From Klebsormidium nitens (lineage: Eukaryota > Plantae > Klebsormidiophyceae): a DNA stretch of 64,000 bases. Shown here one piece after another: positions 57,602-64,000 of the stretch. Every line of letters begins with the position of its first letter. Position 1 is the first letter of the stretch. Below the pieces are notes generated by a model. That model saw only the letters and a program-made list of their open reading frames with translations. It made no database searches and had not been told where the DNA came from. The stretch covers positions 1 to 64,000 of the forward strand of contig DF237197.1 of the NCBI GenBank assembly GCA_000708835.1. The letters run 5' to 3'. Position numbers and translations under genes: made by a program.

Positions 57602-60600
57602 TCACCCCCACACCGCGTTGCTCTCGTAAACCGCCACTAAACCCCGTACCGCGTCCACCTCCGTTTCTTCACGGTCGATCTCCGCGCCGATCTTGTGCGC
57701 CTCGCCCAGCACCGCGCGCAGATAGCGCTGCTTTTGCTCCCACTTCTCGCGCTCAATCTCGTCCATGGTGTGCTGAGACGCGGCCACGTCGCGCTCGAAG
57801 GACGCGGCCGCGGCTTCGACCTCGCCCAACGTCGCCGTCATCTCCTCCAGCAAGACCTGCGCGAGGTTTTGGACGTTTATGGTTGGGCCTAGGGAGAGCA
57901 ACGAGAGCGGGGGCAACCGAATTAAGGGCAATGAAGCAACTTTGCTACAGTCAGCATGTCACGCTCAGTTGGTGAAGCGTTGCCACGTTCCGAATCAGAT
58001 TGCCAGATCGCTTTGAGAAGCGTGATCTTAGGTACACATGGAAGTAGTCCTTGGTTGCGAGATCTGATCGAGGGATGCGAGATGACGGCCCTAAAAATGT
58101 TTCAAGAGGAAATGGACTTGAACGGTGCCAAAACACATAGACGATAGTGCGGCCCCAATTCAGTACACAAATGATGGGATCGCCGCCTCTCCAGTCCCCT
58201 CTTTTCTACCCTGAGAATACCGTAGGACTGCCAGTTTACCTTCCAAGGTACATTGGCCCTTTTCCGCAAAAATGACAGACTCAGCCCCTACTTTCAACAA
58301 TCTCAAGGTTCATAAATTGGGCGCCCGGCTCACCCTGAAGATTCTCTGATCTTTTGTCTCATTCTCGGGAGGCGGTGGCACCGTCGGCTTAGGCACCGCT
58401 CGATCCCGTTCCGGTCCGCCACCTTCCGCCGAAAAATTTCCGTACGAGCTTTCTCTGGCGGGGCTCAGCGCGCGCGCGCTCGCGCTCGCCGGCCGCGGCG
58501 CCGCTTCTAGGAATATAGTGGCACCAGGCGCTCTCGGAGAGAGAGCCTTTTGGTGATTGCTAACGCTCAAAACAGTGTGAATTGGCGCCTTTGGAGAGTC
58601 TGGGCTGGCAGGTCTTGGGGAGATGTGTTGTACGGGTGATCGCCATAAGAGCCGCCGGCGGACAAGATAGCCGCGCACGTGAGCCTGCGCAAAAATAGAG
58701 GGTGTGAGTTTCGGTATCCCATAAACCTTTCGGGCGATTCGATGTTCTCGGAATTCCTGGGTACAAGATTGTCCCGCAACCGTCGAGATACGAAGCAGCT
58801 TCTGAGCTCTTCCAATCAACCCAGGTGTTTCCATGCTTGACAATCAAGCTGCCCTTTATCTTGCCTTTTTTGAAAAGAAAACTTTGAAGCCATGTCCTGC
58901 GCTCGTCTTTCTTCTTCTTCCAATGATTCGCACCTGCCTAGCTTTCAGGAGCGAGCGACCCTGTCTTATGGCACATTGCTTTCCATCCTAGAAATCTGAA
59001 CGGAGATAGGCGTGCTCAGGACGGGACACAAGCGTTGGCGCCACGCGCCTGTCGGTTCTCACCTGGATCCTTGCCCCAGCAAGGTTGCGAGCATGCTCCG
59101 CCGCCGCTGCCACGTCATCCGCCATGTCATCCCGTATTTCGGCCCCACCCCGGACCGTTTTCTTCCGCTCCTGCTTCACCGGAATCTCTGCTTCGAAGCC
59201 CCGGGCGGAACCTGGTCGCGCTGCATTTCCTTCACATCCATTTCCTAACAGCTCCTCATTCGCGTCGAACTCTGGGTCGCCCAGTTTCGCCATCAGTTTG
59301 CGCATCATCTTGGCGACGCGCCCTTTCTCGAAGCCGCGCGCGGTCGCCCTCGAAACCCCCAAGCCCCGCCCGCTCGCGACCGTGTCCAGCGCGCGCAGAT
59401 CGTCGCCGCCGAACACGCGGCCCGCGCCCGCGAAGCGCGCGATGACGTCACACAGCTCCTCGTACGCCTGGCGGCTGCTCGCGGCTTGCATCAGGATGGC
59501 GTCACGCAGCGCGCGTGCGTCCGCGTTCATTCCGCCGGAGTCGTTATCGTCATCGAAAGACGAAGCGCGCTGATTGGTGCTCGCAAAATTGGCCGTGCGA
59601 TGTGCGCCACGTGTCATCGTCCGGCGCAGCAGCCGCACGCCCCCAAGCTCTTCCAATTCGATCCGCCGTCTTTCGGCTGTCGAAGTGGCTTCCTCAGGAA
59701 ACTCCTCCTGCCTTTTTTCGACAAAGGCGTCCATTTGTTCCGCCGGAAGAGCACCCGTTCCGGTCTGGCGCCGGACGGTTTTCCTTGTCCGGCGACCCTC
59801 CATTGTCACCAAACCCTGCACCCACGCCTCTGCCCCGGACGTCGCAGCCGCGGCCGCGGAGTAGGCCCTCTCAGCGGTGTCTTCCAGTTTTTCGAAGCGG
59901 GACTCGAAACCGTCATTTTCCGCCCATGCCGATTTTCCGGTCGCTTTGCGGACGCTCTGGGACCGGAACGCAGCGTCGGTCATGAGCGGCTCCGTTCTGT
60001 CCGCCGGAACAAGCTCAGAACCGGAAAAGGAGTCCCCGGAGGGACATTCTTGCGTGGATTGTCTTCTACTTTCTGACGCACTTAACCGTTCGCTTTTCTG
60101 CCTGGCAGTCCGCTTTCGTTCTGTTCCGCTTCGACTTCTCAACGAGGCGCTTCGCGAGACAGGCCGGAACTCGGGCTCCTGCATCGCACTTGTGTGCTCC
60201 CAGAGTTCCGGCTCTTCGTCTCCGCCCCACCCGTTCCGTTCTGCTGACCGACCGGAACGGACGCGGAACAACTCTCGCTGCACGGGTGCGCCCCGCGGTT
60301 CTCCTTCAAAACCCATTCGGCGGGTTTGCGTCCGCATAAGCTTTCCCGACGGGACCGTTCCAGAACCAAACGCCTCCGGACGTCCGTCATCGTCCGAAGC
60401 CCAGCTCACGCGATTCTTGGCGTCACTCTGCAGGTGGCTGACGTCAGCGAAGCCCCCGCTCTTCACGGTCTCGGCTAGGGCAACGAACGAAGTGCTCCCG
60501 AGCGAAGCCGCGGTCCGGACGTCCGATCGCAGGCTCTCGAATAGCCCCGTCCGTCCCGAAACCCTTCCCATGGTTTGGGCGCGCGTCAATGTTGAAGAGC

Positions 60601-63600
60601 GGCTTGTCGCGAGCGCGCCCGCGCCCGCGGGCGCGGTTTGTGTCCGCAAGAACCGTCGGCCGCTCGCGCTGACGTCAGCCGCCGTCAGCAGTCGAAGGCC
60701 GGTCCCCAAACCCCCAACAGTCTGATCTACGACGCGGCGGGTTTGCCTAAACCCTAGCGGGTGGCCGGTGACCCCCAGCAGCGCTTCCTGTTCCGGTTCC
60801 GGCGGCGGTTCCGGTGTGAACAGGTCCCGCGGTCGGAAGCCGCTCTCGAGGGCGACCGTCCTCCGCGCGCACTGTAGCGCTTGTGTCGCCCTGTTCACCC
60901 CTATTCCGCTCGCCGCCTCGCCGGAACGAAGAAGCGTTCCGCTGGAAGCGAGGGGTCTGCCGGTGTTTCGCAGGACACCGGTCAGGCGACCTGAGAGCCC
61001 GAAAGCTTGGGAGGCGGTCGCCGAGAAGCCGCCGCGGGAGGAGCCAAACAGGTAGACGTTCTCTTGGATGCCCGCCTTGGCTAGGATTGTCGCCGCGGCT
61101 TCGAGGTGCTCCAGCTCTTTCTGCTCGCGCACAGTCTGCATTCGAGGATGGTCATAAATTGTTTGGGCCGTCAAACTTGGATGTCTGGATTGAGCGTTCT
61201 ACCTGATACGGGTCGCCTCTTCTACCAGACGTCTGCCAAACGCGATACGAGGCAATGGTTCCAAGAAATATCGATTGAAGGCAGGTGATTTATTTCGAAC
61301 GGAAGGCTGTTACATAAATCCAAGGGGATTCGTTTCAATTTCTATGTGGAAGCATATTGGTCATGGAAGGCTGATGCCTGCGACTAAGGAAGCATCGTCT
61401 ACAGGTGATGCCTAATCCAGAAGTTGTTTCCTTCCCATCTTAATCTATGCAAACGGCTGCATTGCTTTCGAGATAAGATGCTCATTTGAAGGTAAAAGGT
61501 CGTTCTTTGCATTATTATTTTTGTGGACCCTGTCAGTTACCCTAGCTCTTATACTTAGACTCAAAAGTGGAATTATACGCAAGAGTCAGTGGTGAACAGG
61601 AGAAAGGGACTGTGGATCAGCTACGAGAACATCTTTCCAGGATTGGTTGAGCAGGGAGAATGCCTGTTTTCCTGTCGTAACCTGTCGTATGTGTATCATG
61701 TTCTCCTGCGTAACGAGCATGAGAGTTCCCCGTCAGAAGCTGTTCTGACTACACGATCTAGTCAATCTTACATGTCAATGTCAGAGGAAAAGAAATTAAA
61801 CGCAACTTGTGACCTACCTGGACATAAAGTGCATCCTCCCTGTTCTCATCTCCCCTCCTCTCTTCCACCTTCGCCGTTTCCTCCTCGACTTCTCTCTTCT
61901 TCTCCTCCACCACTCGTTCCACCGCCGTCTTCCCAAGCACCCCCTCTTCCTCCGTCTGCGTCGTCGCCGCGCGCGCGCCGCGCGCGGCCGCGTGGTGCGC
62001 GCGCCGAACGCTTTTCCGAGGCGCCGGACGGTCCTTTTGGACGTATTCAGGGACGATCGTCGCGGCCGCGCCCGCGCTCTCGTCGCCGCTGCTGTACATC
62101 TCCCCGGAGGAGCGCTCCAGCTCCCCGTCCTCCGCGGCCGCGCACGCGCGCGCGCTGGCGGCCCTCAGCGCGCGCGAAACCTCCAGGTTCGGAGAGGTCT
62201 GGAGGTTCTGGTCGACCTGCGGCGGGAATTCCGCCTGGATCGCCACGGTTTTCCCGCGTTCCGTTTTGGATCTTGTGGCTTTCGGAGCGCTCCTTGAAGA
62301 TGCACTTCTCTCTTTCTTGGGGGCTCTTGCCCTGCTTTTGGAAGGCGACAACTTGCCCCCCGGCACGACCAAACTCCTAATCTTCTCGAGGATGGCCTTC
62401 TCATTGCTGGCCCCTTCTTCCTCTGTCTCCGAACCGCTCCCGGCTGGACTCTCTATGCTCAACGCCGCCTTTTCGCGACCGGTTGAAGCCGACCGGTTCT
62501 TCTTGGAACCTCGCACGGACCTGCCCACGTCACTTGACACGTGGCGGCCCGTCGAAGCGCCCGCCACGCTCGCGCACGACTCCGCCTGGCTAACGGAGCC
62601 GCGCGCTTCGGCGCCCGCGGCAACCTCCAAACCCCGGCTAAAACCTCGCGACCCGCGCCGGCTTGCGGGCGACAGGACGGAGAGCGGCGTAGAGCTCGCG
62701 CTTGCGCTCTCGCGCTTACCGTTGGGAACCTCCAGGGCGACAAGAGATTCTTCTGAGGAGTCTGAGCTGTCGCCGTCGTCCGCTTCGGTACCGATGGAAC
62801 GCACCGGTTGAGGCCCGGGTGACGCTTTGCTGACGTCAGCTATCTGTGCGCCTTCGATCTGTGACTTCGTCTCATGTGTTACCCGTTCTTGTGATTGAGG
62901 AACTGAATCTGTGGTGGCGTTAGCTGGCTCTCCTTGGCCGTACTCCCACAGGAGTCGTTCAAGTTCGGACAGGAAGGCCGTACGGACTGGGTCGACGTCG
63001 GTATCCAAAGGCTGCACGAAATGTCCGGGAATGATCATTCATCCAATATTTGTCAGATTTCTGGTATTGCATCATTAGGTTGCTTCTCTTCTGTTCTGTA
63101 ACATTGCCCGAGGAATAACAGAAGGAAACAGAAAGCAAACCGACGCGTGTGAAAATCTACGGACGCCCCGCTTGAGAACTTTTTGCACATCATAATAATA
63201 TTCTTTGCTTTATCTTTTGCTTTATCCACTAGAGATCTGAAGTATAATACTCAGAGGGGAAGTACTCATCGGCACGTCCAATAGCTGGGCTGCCTACCCA
63301 GTATGCTGTACCAAGACCGGCATTCGTTTCGCTCACTAGGAATAAAGCCGGGAAATCTTACCAGTTCAAATCCGTTCATTCCGCTTCCGCCGTTCCGGCC
63401 GACTGTGAGCGTGGTGTAAGAGACCCGCCGCATGCCCTCCAGAGTGGCGGTGGTTGACAGGGAGGACCGGCCCTTGGGAATACGCCGCTCCTGTTTGCAG
63501 AAAACGTCGAACAGGTTGGTTGACGGTGAATATTTAGCGCCAACAAAGAACGGTAATTATGTGAAATATAGAGGAAAAAGCACTCTCCCTTAAATTTGAG

Positions 63601-63707
63601 AGAAGAACCACTCTTCTTAAGACGTATATGTACTTTGGTCCTAGTGATTGGTATTGTAAGCTCGTAGAACTTGGGCGTCTTACTTTTGAGGGGATTTGCT
63701 TGTTCAT
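57602..63707 (-). CDS. Large low-complexity protein with one IQ motif and a C-terminal coiled-coil, 6 exons, ~1,341 aa
   Basis: Exons 63707-63684, 63490-63362, 63011-61818, 61135-59063, 58684-58334 and 57856-57602 are all multiples of 3 with GT-AG boundaries. The spliced IQ motif reads ARIQ|AHVRGYLVRRR. The first and last exon boundaries are less certain. Confidence 0.7.
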
Positions 63708-64000
63708 GTGCTGACGTCGCTTGACGTCGCTTGATGCGAGCGAATGTGAAGCAGGCAAGCCCTGATGACAACTGTCTTAAAGCTCGAAAGGGTGACAACG
63801 TCACTTTGATGTGAAAAGAAGAGTTCAGATCGAAATTGCATACAACACTTATTCGGATTCAGAAGACCTCAATTATGAGGGTGAATCATTGTTGAACAAG
63901 TCCGAGATGGCAAGCTTGGAAAACAAATGAAGAGCAGAAAGTTGCAAGGGGCTTCGGAAGAGAAGTATATTTACTTTTGGTGTCCATTTTGCAGACGATC

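Overview
Eukaryotic, intron-rich genomic DNA with GC-rich exons and GT-AG introns. Plant-type genes (neprosin, FKBP17-2/3, SINE1-like ARM protein) occur together with a flagellar CFAP92-like gene, which suggests a charophyte green alga of the Klebsormidium type (inference, not verified). Ten protein-coding loci could be followed by hand: neprosin (+), CFAP92-like (+), GINS4/SLD5 (-), an intronless bacterial-looking hypothetical gene (+), a helical protein that may be plastid-targeted (-), a ~1,700-aa SINE1-like putative KASH protein (+), FKBP17-like (-), endonuclease V (+), a Sel1-repeat protein (-) and a ~1,340-aa IQ-motif protein (-). There is also a 781-bp non-autonomous DNA transposon with CACAG termini and a perfect 62-bp palindrome. 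The most striking signal is in the introns of three unrelated genes: serial tandem copies of a ~150-165 bp unit that straddles a splice junction. The functional copy sits at the exon, and generally more decayed decoy copies extend into the intron (8 decoy 3' splice sites in neprosin, 3 exon-end copies in the SINE1-like gene, 1-2 in EndoV). All family assignments come from motif recognition and manual translation; no database search was run.
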